Source of the DNA: an uncultured Verrucomicrobiae bacterium
GTDB lineage: Bacteria; Verrucomicrobiota; Verrucomicrobiia; Chthoniobacterales; UBA10450
DNA length: 64,000 nucleotides
Reading direction: 5' to 3'
Assembly: GCA_963834385.1 (NCBI GenBank)
Contig: CAWIBO010000003.1
Span: 224,001 to 288,000 of the forward strand
The translations under genes and the position numbers were made by a program. Positions 39,712 to 50,686 of this stretch are shown here, one piece after another. The number at the start of each line of letters is the position of its first letter. Position 1 is the stretch's first letter. The notes beneath the pieces are model-generated. The model was not told where the DNA came from, did no database searches, and saw only the letters and a list, made by a program, of their open reading frames with translations.

Positions 39712-40610
39712 AGTTCGCGCCCCTGGAAGGCGGCGGCGGCAAGGAGGAGATAGAGCACGATGTAAAAGCTGCCCAGGCCGAGCGTTTTCAGGAAAAGGCC
39801 TGCCGGGATGACGGCGCCCGCGACCAGGTCGTCGATCACGTTGAAAAGCTGCAGATCGGGAAAGATAAGGGCGACGAGGGCCAGGAAGAGCCGGCTGACC
39901 AGGCCGGGGATCTGCTGCTCGAGCCAGGCTTCCCGGGCGATCGCCTGCAGATGCCCGATGAAGTAGACAAAGGTCATGACCACGATGGTGAAGATGCTCG
40001 TGGTGGCGAAGGTGGAGACAAAAAGGGTGAGCGCGGCCAGGAGCGCCGCCTTGAAATAGATGACCACCAGGCCCTGGAGGAGATTGAGGTGGAAAGCGGA
40101 CGCGCTGATCTCGGCCAGGGCGGCGCGGAGTTCCTCCTCCGGCGCGCCTTGCATCTGCAGCGCGGTTTGGGCCAGCAGCGATTGCTCGCGAAAATAAAGG
40201 ACGGCGAAGAAAAGAGCGCTCATGAGGAGAGCGCTCACCGCCAGGAGGAGGAAGACCCCGATCAGTTTCCCGAGGAGATAATCCAGGCGCGGTACCGGTT
40301 TGGCCAGGACGGTGTAGGCCGTCCGGTCCTCGAGTTCCTGCGGAAGCAGGCGGGCGGTCGCGACGATGGCGAGCAGACAGAGGAAGACGTTGATGGCGCC
40401 GAGGGAGATGTCCTTCAGGATCTGGAATTCCTGCTGGAAACTGAAGCGGGCCATGAAGATCGAGTTACCAATGAGGAGGAAGGCGAAGACGAGGACGACG
40501 TAGAAGATCTTGAGGCGGGTCAGCTCCAGGAAGGTGTTGCCGGCCAGCGCGGCCAGCCGCGGCAGGGAGAAACGGCGATAAGGATGAGGCAGGGCCGGTT
40601 TCTCCGTCAT
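39708..40610 (-). CDS. ABC transporter permease (ABC-2 type, PilI/XapB-like)
   Basis: LAGNTFLELTRLK, ELEDRTAYTVLAKPVPRLDYLLGKLIG, multiple TM helices, C-terminal FQGREL. Confidence 0.85.
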   Translation of the reverse strand: MTEKPALPHPYRRFSLPRLAALAGNTFLELTRLKIFYVVLVFAFLLIGNSIFMARFSFQQEFQILKDISLGAINVFLCLLAIVATARLLPQELEDRTAYTVLAKPVPRLDYLLGKLIGVFLLLAVSALLMSALFFAVLYFREQSLLAQTALQMQGAPEEELRAALAEISASAFHLNLLQGLVVIYFKAALLAALTLFVSTFATTSIFTIVVMTFVYFIGHLQAIAREAWLEQQIPGLVSRLFLALVALIFPDLQLFNVIDDLVAGAVIPAGLFLKTLGLGSFYIVLYLLLAAAAFQGREL

Positions 40611-41458
40611 GCCTCGGGGTCGCGAGTGGCCTCGAGGAAAAGATCCTCCAGGCTGGTTTCGGCGGGTCGCTGCTCCACGATGGTGACCCCGGCCTTGCGC
40701 GCGGCGGTCTCGACCTGACGCAGAAAAGCCGGGGTGGCATCCTCCAGCAACAGATGGGTCCGGTCTCGCCGGGCCACCAGTTCCTTCAGCGTTCCTTCGC
40801 GGACAAGGCGGCCTTGCGCGAGGATGCCGACGCGATCGCACACCTCCTGCACCTGGCCGAGCAAATGCGAGGAAAGCAGCACCGTCTTCCCGCGAGCCTT
40901 CAGCTCCAAAATCAGGTCGCGCAGCACCCGCGTGCCGGCCGGGTCCACCCCGGCGGTCGGTTCGTCCAGCACGACAAGATCAGGATCGTGAATCAACGCC
41001 TGGGCCAGACCAATGCGCTGCAGCATTCCCTTGGAATAACCGCGCAGACGACGCTCGCTGGCATCTTCCAGCCCCACCAGATGCAAAAGCTCGTCCGCGC
41101 GCGCCTTTAGTTTCGCCCCCGTCAGCCCGCAAAGCCGCCCGTAGAAATGGAGCGTCTCGCGGCCATCGAGGAACCGGTGAAAATAAGGGCTCTCCGGCAG
41201 GAACCCGACGCGCTGCCGGCTCGCCACCTCCCGGCTGTCGCGGCCAAAAAGGGACACACTTCCTTCCGTGGGGGTGACGAGGCCGAGGATGGCCTTGAGG
41301 GTGGTGCTTTTGCCCGAGCCGTTCGGTCCGAGAAGCCCGTAGGTTTCGCCCCGTTCCACCTGAAGGGTGACGTCCTGCACCGCCACGACGGGTGTCCGCC
41401 GGAAGGACGACCGGAAAACCTTGGTCAGGAGCCGGACCGCGACAGCGGGCTCACTCAT
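40607..41458 (-). CDS. ABC transporter ATP-binding protein (PilH/XapD-like)
   Basis: GPNGSGKST, signature YSKGMLQR, LDEPTAGVDP, SSHLL. Confidence 0.93.
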   Translation of the reverse strand: MSEPAVAVRLLTKVFRSSFRRTPVVAVQDVTLQVERGETYGLLGPNGSGKSTTLKAILGLVTPTEGSVSLFGRDSREVASRQRVGFLPESPYFHRFLDGRETLHFYGRLCGLTGAKLKARADELLHLVGLEDASERRLRGYSKGMLQRIGLAQALIHDPDLVVLDEPTAGVDPAGTRVLRDLILELKARGKTVLLSSHLLGQVQEVCDRVGILAQGRLVREGTLKELVARRDRTHLLLEDATPAFLRQVETAARKAGVTIVEQRPAETSLEDLFLEATRDPEA

Positions 41459-41729
41459 GCACGATCTGAAACCCGTGCGGCGCGGGGGCCTCCTGGAGGG
41501 TCTGCTCGGTCTGGCCACGGATGTGCGCCCGCAGTTCGCTCTCCGCGATGGCCTCGAGGAAGGCCCGGACTTCGGCATCCTCGCCCGTGGCCTGGAGTTC
41601 CACCCGGCCATCCGGGAGGTTGCGAACCGTCCCGGTGACGTCGAAACCGCGCGCGATTTGTTTGACGGAATAGCGAAAGCCCACGCCCTGCACGCGGCCT
41701 TCGTAATACACCTGGAGGGAGGTCCGCAT
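41451..41729 (-). CDS. Acylphosphatase
   Basis: GRVQGVGFR, GTVRNLPDGRVE. Confidence 0.93.
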   Translation of the reverse strand: MRTSLQVYYEGRVQGVGFRYSVKQIARGFDVTGTVRNLPDGRVELQATGEDAEVRAFLEAIAESELRAHIRGQTEQTLQEAPAPHGFQIVHE

Positions 41730-41778
41730 CCCGGCACGATAGCCCGATTTCCCCGGGCACAGCAAGGCGCGACGGAAC

Positions 41779-42255
41779 CTACTCGACCGGGTCGGGCGAA
41801 GCGGCCACAGGCTCTTCGACCGCCGGGACGTCCGGCGCGGGCAGCGATTCTTCCGGCGGGATCAGCTCGGGATCAGCCGCGCGGAAGGAGAACTGCGGCG
41901 CCTCGGGGGATGGCGATGGCTCGGCCAGGGCGGCCAGGAGCGTGGCGGGTGCCGGGCGGATATCATCGCTGGCCACGTAACCCTCTGTTCCCTCCGCGAG
42001 GCGAACCTTGCAGTAACCGAAGGAAGGACGGATGACGGTGACAAGAGTGTCGCGGACGAGCTGCTGGTCCGGGCCGCTTCCCTGCTGCGGGCCGAAGCGG
42101 AAGAAGGAAGTTTGCGCGACGGAGACGGCGTAGAAGTTCCCGCTCTGGCGGGCCAAAGCGCGGCTGCGTCCGCCGCAGCCGGCCAAAAAAATCATGGCGC
42201 CCGCCGTGAGCAGGAGAGCGGCGGTGGGGAGGCCGGGGAAGCGCCGGGAGTTCAT
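41779..42255 (-). CDS. Lipoprotein with SH3-like domain and Pro-rich tail
   Basis: Lipobox FLAGC; FGYCKVRLAEGTEGYVASDDI resembles bacterial SH3. Confidence 0.65.
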   Translation of the reverse strand: MNSRRFPGLPTAALLLTAGAMIFLAGCGGRSRALARQSGNFYAVSVAQTSFFRFGPQQGSGPDQQLVRDTLVTVIRPSFGYCKVRLAEGTEGYVASDDIRPAPATLLAALAEPSPSPEAPQFSFRAADPELIPPEESLPAPDVPAVEEPVAASPDPVE

Positions 42256-42288
42256 CAACACCCTTCCCTATAGCAAGCTCCTTGCCGT

Positions 42289-42713
42289 TTACTTGTAGGA
42301 ATAGACCAGGCAGACGCTGGCGGGCTCGCCTTCCAGGAGGCTGACCGCGACAAAATACTGGCCGCTATGGGTGGGCGAAAAGCCGGCGGCCGCCCTCGCC
42401 TCCTCCTGGTAGTTCTCGGCCGCGACCGGTGCGCCGGTTTCATCGTAAACCTGCACCCCGAGCTTTTTCGCGGCTTCGTTCCCGCCGGCGGAAAACCAGT
42501 ACTGGTTCCCGGCGTAAAGATTGACCGCAATCAGGGCGTGCTCGGCGGGGGCAATGACCCCCGTCCAGTGACCGTCGCGGACCTTGAATCCTTCGTTGGT
42601 GAAAGCGCCGGCCAGGTCGAGCGCGGTGCGGCGCGCCGCGACCGCTTCGTCTTTCAGGGCGCCCGAGAGCGCGCTGGTGGAAACAAGCAGGAGAACGAAA
42701 AGAAGGGGTCGCA

Positions 42714-42714
<1 letters not shown>
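42289..42714 (-). CDS. Secreted hypothetical protein (small beta-sandwich, PPC-like)
   Basis: Signal peptide MRPLLFVLLLVSTSALSG; beta-rich body (LYAGNQYWF, VQVYDETG, SGQYFVAV); stop/start overlap with the upstream gene. Confidence 0.7.
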
Positions 42715-44984
<2,270 letters not shown>

Positions 44985-44985
<1 letters not shown>

Positions 44986-45332
44986 TGGAACAGGCGGGCT
45001 ACGGCGATTTCCGCGCGCGGCGCGAGGCCACGCTCTGGCAGCGTCTCAATCGCGTCCTGCTCGCGCTTCTCTTTCTCGCCGTCTGGCTGGTCATCATCAG
45101 CCTCTTCTTACCGCAGCACAAAAAACTGCAGCAAAGCCGGGGCGAGATCGATGCCCTGCAGGCGCAGGTGGACGAGCAGAAGGTGCTGCTGGTGCGCCAG
45201 ACCCGCGAAGTGACCCTGCTCAAGACCGATCCGGTCTATCTCGAGTCCATCGCGCGCGACCGGCTCGACCTGATGAAGCCGGGCGAAACCATCTTCCGTC
45301 TCGAGCAAGGCTCCGCCGCAAAGCGGAAGTAA
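44985..45332 (+). CDS. Septum formation initiator (FtsB/DivIC family)
   Basis: One TM helix, coiled coil, LESIARDRLDLMKPGETIF; conserved eno-ftsB synteny. Confidence 0.85.
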
Positions 45333-45383
45333 GACGAAACGCCTCTGCATTGCGCCCGGGAGTGCGGGCGCTATCTTTCCGGC

Positions 45384-46524
45384 ATGGCAACTGAGGCACC
45401 GGAAATCAACACCGAAGAATTGAATTCGAGGCTGGCGGAACTACGGAGGTTTCTTTGACCTCGCCCTCCTCGACCGCCAGTTGACCGAGTTGGAGGCGCG
45501 CATGGCCGCGCCGGATTTCTGGGACAGCCGCGAGCGCGCGCAGGGCGACGTGGAAGAGGTCTCTCGGATCCGTTCCCTCATCAACCCCTTTCGCGAGCTG
45601 GAACGCGAGATCGACGACATCGCGGTCATGCAGGAGCTGGCCGCGGAGGAGAGCGATCCCGGCCGGCGGGCCCAGGCGGACCGGGAACTGGCCGCGGAGA
45701 ATGCCCGGCTGACGAAAAAGCTGGAGGCGTTCGAGCTGCGCCAGTTTCTTTCCGGTCCCAACGATCGCGCAAGCGCGTTCGTCACCATCCATTCCGGCGC
45801 CGGCGGCACGGAATCGTGCGACTGGGCCGACATGCTGCTGCGGATGTATCAGCGCTGGATTGAACGGGCCGGTTACAGCGCGCAGACCATCGATATCCAG
45901 GTGGGCGACGAGGCCGGGATCAAGTCGGCCACCATCCTGGTGACAGGCGAAAATGCCTATGGCTACCTGAAGACAGAGCGCGGGGTGCACCGGCTGGTGC
46001 GGATTTCGCCGTTCGACGCCAACAAGCGGCGGCACACCTCTTTCGCGAGCGTGGACGTGGTCCCGGAGATCGCGGATTCGGCCCCGATCGAGGTGAACCC
46101 GGCGGACCTGGAGGTGGCGACCTACCGGAGCGGCGGCAAGGGGGGACAGAACGTGAACAAGGTGGAGACGGCGGTGCGGATCGTGCACAAGCCGAGCGGA
46201 ATCGTGGTGGCCTGCCAGGCGGAGCGAAGCCAGGGCCGCAACCGCGAGCTGGCCCTGAAAATGTTAAAGGCCAAGCTTTACGAGATCGAAGAGGACAAAA
46301 AGAAAGCCGAGATCGACCGGCAATACGGCGAGAAGGGCGACGTGGCCTGGGGGAGCCAGATCCGTTCCTATGTCTTCCAGCCTTACCAGATGGTGAAAGA
46401 TCACCGGACCGGCGCCGAGACGAGCAACGTGCAGGCGGTGATGGATGGAGATATCGACCTCTTCATCCAGGCGAAACTTCGCGGGCAGAAAGCCGCCAAA
46501 GGCGACTCCGACCGCGAAATGTAA
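45384..46524 (+). CDS. prfB: Peptide chain release factor 2 with programmed +1 frameshift at CTT TGA C (45453-45459)
   Basis: [24 protein letters not shown] then the +1 frame DLALLDRQL...; internal SD-like CGGAGG before CTTTGAC; SPF anticodon mimic (RISPFD) and GGQ motif. Confidence 0.96.
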
Positions 46525-46554
46525 AACCCGCCGGTTCCCGTTTGCCGCAACGGC

Positions 46555-48012
46555 TCAGGGAGCCGGGCTGAGATCGTAGGCCTCGAAAAGCCCGATGCCG
46601 GTGGCCCCGCCGACCCCGCGGATGATCGCGGTGTAATTGCCGGGTGTCAGGGTGGCTTCCAGGGCCGACTCGAGGCTGTTGGAAGGGGCAAACCCCTTCA
46701 TCTGGATGCTGGCGGCGTCCGGGCCGCTGCCCCAGTCGTCGTTCGACTCAAGCACGGTGCCGTTTGCATTCACCAGCTCGAGCCGCGGGTTGGACAGGGC
46801 ATTCGCCACGGCCCCGGCCAGGGCGGGACCGATGGCGCGCAGGATCACGTCCTTGTTCGCGCCGGCACCGGCAATGAATCCGCCGATGAGAACGTCATCG
46901 TTGTTCAAAACCTGGCCGCGAGTGGAAATGTTGGCGGCGCGTGCCGTGCCGGTGTGAAGATCATAGAGCTCCACCAGGCCGATGCCGGTATAGGTGCTGT
47001 CAAACCCCTCAACGACAACCGTGTAGTTGCCCGGGGCGAGGTTTGCGATGATGGCCGCTTCACGGCTGTTGCGCGGATCGAGCCGGTAACTCGCAATGGT
47101 CTCGGGGTTCGTGCCGTCAATCCAGTCATCGTTCGACTGAATAAAGCCGCTCGGGCCGTTCAGGGTCAGAATAGGATCCTCGATGGCGCCGGCGAGCCCG
47201 AACGGGACGAGGGAGCCCCCGATGGCGCGAAGCACCACGGTGGCGGAGGTCGACCCCTGGATGATGAATCCGCCAATGAGGCGGTTATCGTTCAGCCCGA
47301 TCTTCCCGCGGGTGGAGAGGTTGACGAAATTGGATGAGGTTGCGCCGTTCAGATACACGGGGCCGGTGCCGTAGATGGCGACCGCGCCGTTGATATCGTC
47401 CTGCTGCAGGGAGGCCAGAGTGCCGCTCGCCGTCGAATTCATGATGGCGGGGTTGGCCTGCGGCGGGTTGGCCTGGTCCGGATGATTCAGGCCAAGGACA
47501 TGGCCGAACTCGTGCAGGGCCACGCGGGTAAAATCCGTCGCCACCGAGCTGCCGCCGCCGGTGTAGGTGGACCACTTGCGCGGACTTCCACCGGTGTTCG
47601 CGGTGCTAAAAATGACGTCGCCTTCCATGTAGACCTGCGGATTGAGATCATCCCGCGTCGTCCTCAGGGCCACCGCGAGGGTGTTGCTCCCGAACGCGTC
47701 GCCATAAATGGTATTGGAAAAGAAAACCGTGTTATTGGCGTCGCCGTCGACCGGCGCCGCGGTCGTCTGCACGGTGGTAAACTGCATGTGGGCCATGTGC
47801 TGGTTCCAGGCATTCAAGGACGCCACCGCCGCATCGTTGAAATTGTTGTAGGTCAGCGTTTTTCCCGGGACCGCCGTCATGGCCGCGCCATCGAGTTTCA
47901 GGAACATGACCACGGTGCGGTTCTTGGTCCAGCGGCCGTCATCGACGAAGAAGGCGGCGGCGGAGGAAGCGAGGACGAGGAGGAGGAGGAAGGGGAGCAG
48001 TTTAGTTTTCAA
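46555..48012 (-). CDS. Secreted matrixin (M10-like) zinc metalloprotease with two C-terminal NxSTRG repeat domains
   Basis: Signal peptide; HEFGHVLGLNH; Met-turn AIMNS; DDING; tandem ~125-aa repeats starting NLSTRG and NISTRG. Confidence 0.88.
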   Translation of the reverse strand: MKTKLLPFLLLLVLASSAAAFFVDDGRWTKNRTVVMFLKLDGAAMTAVPGKTLTYNNFNDAAVASLNAWNQHMAHMQFTTVQTTAAPVDGDANNTVFFSNTIYGDAFGSNTLAVALRTTRDDLNPQVYMEGDVIFSTANTGGSPRKWSTYTGGGSSVATDFTRVALHEFGHVLGLNHPDQANPPQANPAIMNSTASGTLASLQQDDINGAVAIYGTGPVYLNGATSSNFVNLSTRGKIGLNDNRLIGGFIIQGSTSATVVLRAIGGSLVPFGLAGAIEDPILTLNGPSGFIQSNDDWIDGTNPETIASYRLDPRNSREAAIIANLAPGNYTVVVEGFDSTYTGIGLVELYDLHTGTARAANISTRGQVLNNDDVLIGGFIAGAGANKDVILRAIGPALAGAVANALSNPRLELVNANGTVLESNDDWGSGPDAASIQMKGFAPSNSLESALEATLTPGNYTAIIRGVGGATGIGLFEAYDLSPAP

Positions 48013-48048
48013 GAGGATAACGTAATTACAGGAATAGTGCCGGTGATC

Positions 48049-48570
48049 CTACCGAATCGCAAGCCGGAATGTAACATGAAATTTGCCGCGATTGAAGCGG
48101 CGACAACAGGCTCGGCAGGCCGCTGGACGGCGCAACGGACGGACCCGCGGGAACTGCCGCCGGCAGACCGGGCATTCATACAAATAACGGCGCTGCTGCC
48201 GTATCGTCGGGAGGGGAAGGGCGTGGCAGCGCGCTTCTCCGCCGATGCCGAGATGCCGGCAGGCCAGGCGCCACTCCGGGCCGTGCGGCGCGATCCGCCG
48301 ACGGCCGGCGCGCGTCTGCGCGAGGAGATGGGCCAGCTCGTGCCGGAGGGTGCGGTCGATCTCGTCGGCGCCATGGCGAGCCAGCAACGGGTTAAGACTG
48401 ACCACCGACTCGCGCAGATAGGCGCGCCCGGCGGCGCTGCGCAGGCGCGGATTCCATTGCACCTTCACTCTCCGGGCGAGTTCGCCGGCCCCGATCTCCC
48501 GCAAAAGCTGCCGGGCGAGGGTCTCCAGAGTCTCGTCCCGTCCGGCCGCAGGCGCCGGCACGGTCAACAC
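48049..48570 (-). CDS. SprT-like metalloprotease domain protein
   Basis: WNPRLRSAAGRA, TLRHELAH, HGPEW, YECPVC...ACRAC zinc ribbon. Start uncertain. Confidence 0.85.
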   Translation of the reverse strand: MLTVPAPAAGRDETLETLARQLLREIGAGELARRVKVQWNPRLRSAAGRAYLRESVVSLNPLLARHGADEIDRTLRHELAHLLAQTRAGRRRIAPHGPEWRLACRHLGIGGEARCHALPLPTIRQQRRYLYECPVCRRQFPRVRPLRRPAACRACCRRFNRGKFHVTFRLAIR

Positions 48571-48577
48571 GAGTTGC

Positions 48578-49729
48578 TCAGGCCGCAACAACGCCACGGT
48601 TCTCTCGGGTGGGGAGACGTTCCAGGATTCGCTGCATGGCCGCGAGCGTTTCCTCCATTTCATCGCGACTATTGCCGCAGCCGAGCGAAAAGCGAAGGGC
48701 GGACGCGGCCAGGTCACGCGGCAGGCCCATCGCGAGCAAAACATGCGATGGCACGACTGATCCCACCATGCAGGCCGAGCCGCTGGAGGCGCAGATTCCT
48801 TCGAGGTCGAGCGCCATCAGCATGGTCTCGGAGCTTCGTCCCGGGAAAACGACGTTCAGGGTGTTCTGGAGGCCATCCTCCGAGCCCTGCCGCAGCGCCT
48901 CCGGGGCCAGCCGGGCCAGCCCGTGCCAGAGTGTGTCCCGCAGTTCCTGCAGCCGCGCCTGCTCCGGGGCCTGGTCGGCCAAAACATGGCCGGCCGCCGC
49001 CGCCATCCCCGCAAGGGCGGCCACGTTCTCGGTCCCGGGTCGCCGTTCGTTTTCGTGCGACCCGCCAAAGGTAACCTGTTCCAGCGGAATGCCGGCGCGC
49101 AGGAAAAGGAGGCCGGCTCCCTTGGGTCCGTAAAATTTGTGCGCGGCGAAAGAGGCGGCATCGACCAGTTCGAGATCGCACGTCACCTTGCCAAAAGCCT
49201 GGACGAGGTCGCTGTGCAGGAGCGCGCCCCGCGCGCGGCAGATGGCCGAGATGTCGGCCAGCGGTTGCGTAACGCCGGTCTCATTGTTGGCCAGCATGAT
49301 CGAGACCAGGATGGTGTCGTCACGGACGACCTCGCGCAGGCGGGCGGGATCGATCCGGCCATCGCGCTCGACCGGGAGGAGGGTCAGCTCGAATCCTTCC
49401 TCGCGCGCCAGGCGCTGGCAGGGATGCAGCACGGCATGGTGCTCGGTGGTGGCGCAAACGAGATGGCGACCCCGGTGCGCGTGCGCCCGGGCCAGGCCGA
49501 GCACGGCCAGGTTGTTCGCCTCGGTCCCGCCGCCCGTGAAGACCAGTTCGCCCGGCTTCGTCCGGAGAAGGGCGGCCATCCGGTCGCGGGACTCATCGAT
49601 CACGGCGCGCGCGGCACGGCCGGCGGCATGCACGCTGGAAGGGTTGCCGAACGTATCGAGCTGCGCCTCCATGGCTTCCCGAGCCGGCGGGCAAAGCGGG
49701 GTGGTGGCGTTGTGATCGAGATAGATCAT
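48578..49729 (-). CDS. Cysteine desulfurase (IscS/NifS group I)
   Basis: YLDHNATT, GNPSSVH, FTGGGTEANN, ANNETG, HKFYGPKG, RPGTEN, SSGSAC. Confidence 0.93.
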   Translation of the reverse strand: MIYLDHNATTPLCPPAREAMEAQLDTFGNPSSVHAAGRAARAVIDESRDRMAALLRTKPGELVFTGGGTEANNLAVLGLARAHAHRGRHLVCATTEHHAVLHPCQRLAREEGFELTLLPVERDGRIDPARLREVVRDDTILVSIMLANNETGVTQPLADISAICRARGALLHSDLVQAFGKVTCDLELVDAASFAAHKFYGPKGAGLLFLRAGIPLEQVTFGGSHENERRPGTENVAALAGMAAAAGHVLADQAPEQARLQELRDTLWHGLARLAPEALRQGSEDGLQNTLNVVFPGRSSETMLMALDLEGICASSGSACMVGSVVPSHVLLAMGLPRDLAASALRFSLGCGNSRDEMEETLAAMQRILERLPTRENRGVVAA

Positions 49730-50634
49730 CAAAGGCCCGTGGTGTCCTCCGTTTCGCTTCGGGTGACGATGCGGAGTTGCTTCTCCTCATAGACCACGAG
49801 CGAGTGCGGCGGGATGCTGGACACGAGGAAGACGTTGCCGCCGATGGTGCTGCCGCGCCCGATCACCGTGCTGCCGCCAAGGACGGTGGAACCGGGATAA
49901 ATCGTGACATCATCCTCCACCCGGGGATGGCGCTTGCCGCCCTTGCGGATCCGGCCCAGTTCATCGCGCTCGAAGCTGCGCGCTCCGAGCGTGACCGCGT
50001 GATAAAGTTTCACCCGCGCGCCGATCTCGCACGTTTCGCCCACGACCACCCCGGTGCCATGGTCGATAAAGAAGTGCGAGCCGATGCTGGCGCCGGGATG
50101 AATGTCGATCCCGGTGCGGCTGTGCGCCCACTCGCTCATCAACCGCGGGATGAGCGGCACCTGTTTCTGGTAAAGGAAATGGGCCATGCGGTGGATCGCG
50201 ATCGCCTCGATCGAGGGATAGGCCAAAATGATCTCCTCGTAGCTGCGCGCCGCGGGATCGCCCTCGAAGGCGGCGTCGACATCCGTCCAGAGCATCCGCC
50301 GGATGGAAGGCAGGGCCGCGATAAATTCGTCCAGCAGATCGGAGACGCGCCGGTCGCCTTCACCCGCCGCCAGCCGGAAGCTTTTCACGATTTCCGGCTT
50401 GAGCAGGTGCCGGACATTCTGCACCCGGCTGCGGGTGATCTCGGGAAGATCGCCGGAATAAACCAGGGGGGCGCCACGGAAACCGGGAAACATCAGGCTG
50501 ACCAGTTCCATGCAGGCGGTTTCGATCGGCGCCCGCGACGGGAGGCTGGCCGCCGCCTCCAGATAATTGATGCCGCCGGATTCGCTGTAGGTCCGGAGCA
50601 ATTCTTCGACGGCGTCGTGCGTGGCAACGGGCAT
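49729..50634 (-). CDS. cysE: Serine O-acetyltransferase (long EpsC-type)
   Basis: GDPAA, HSRTGIDIHPGA, FFIDHGTGVVVGET, KRHP hexapeptide repeats. Confidence 0.9.
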   Translation of the reverse strand: MPVATHDAVEELLRTYSESGGINYLEAAASLPSRAPIETACMELVSLMFPGFRGAPLVYSGDLPEITRSRVQNVRHLLKPEIVKSFRLAAGEGDRRVSDLLDEFIAALPSIRRMLWTDVDAAFEGDPAARSYEEIILAYPSIEAIAIHRMAHFLYQKQVPLIPRLMSEWAHSRTGIDIHPGASIGSHFFIDHGTGVVVGETCEIGARVKLYHAVTLGARSFERDELGRIRKGGKRHPRVEDDVTIYPGSTVLGGSTVIGRGSTIGGNVFLVSSIPPHSLVVYEEKQLRIVTRSETEDTTGL

Positions 50635-50686
50635 CCTGCAATTATGCCCGGCTCCGGGCCGCGCGAAAGGGCCGTCTCCGCGCGGG

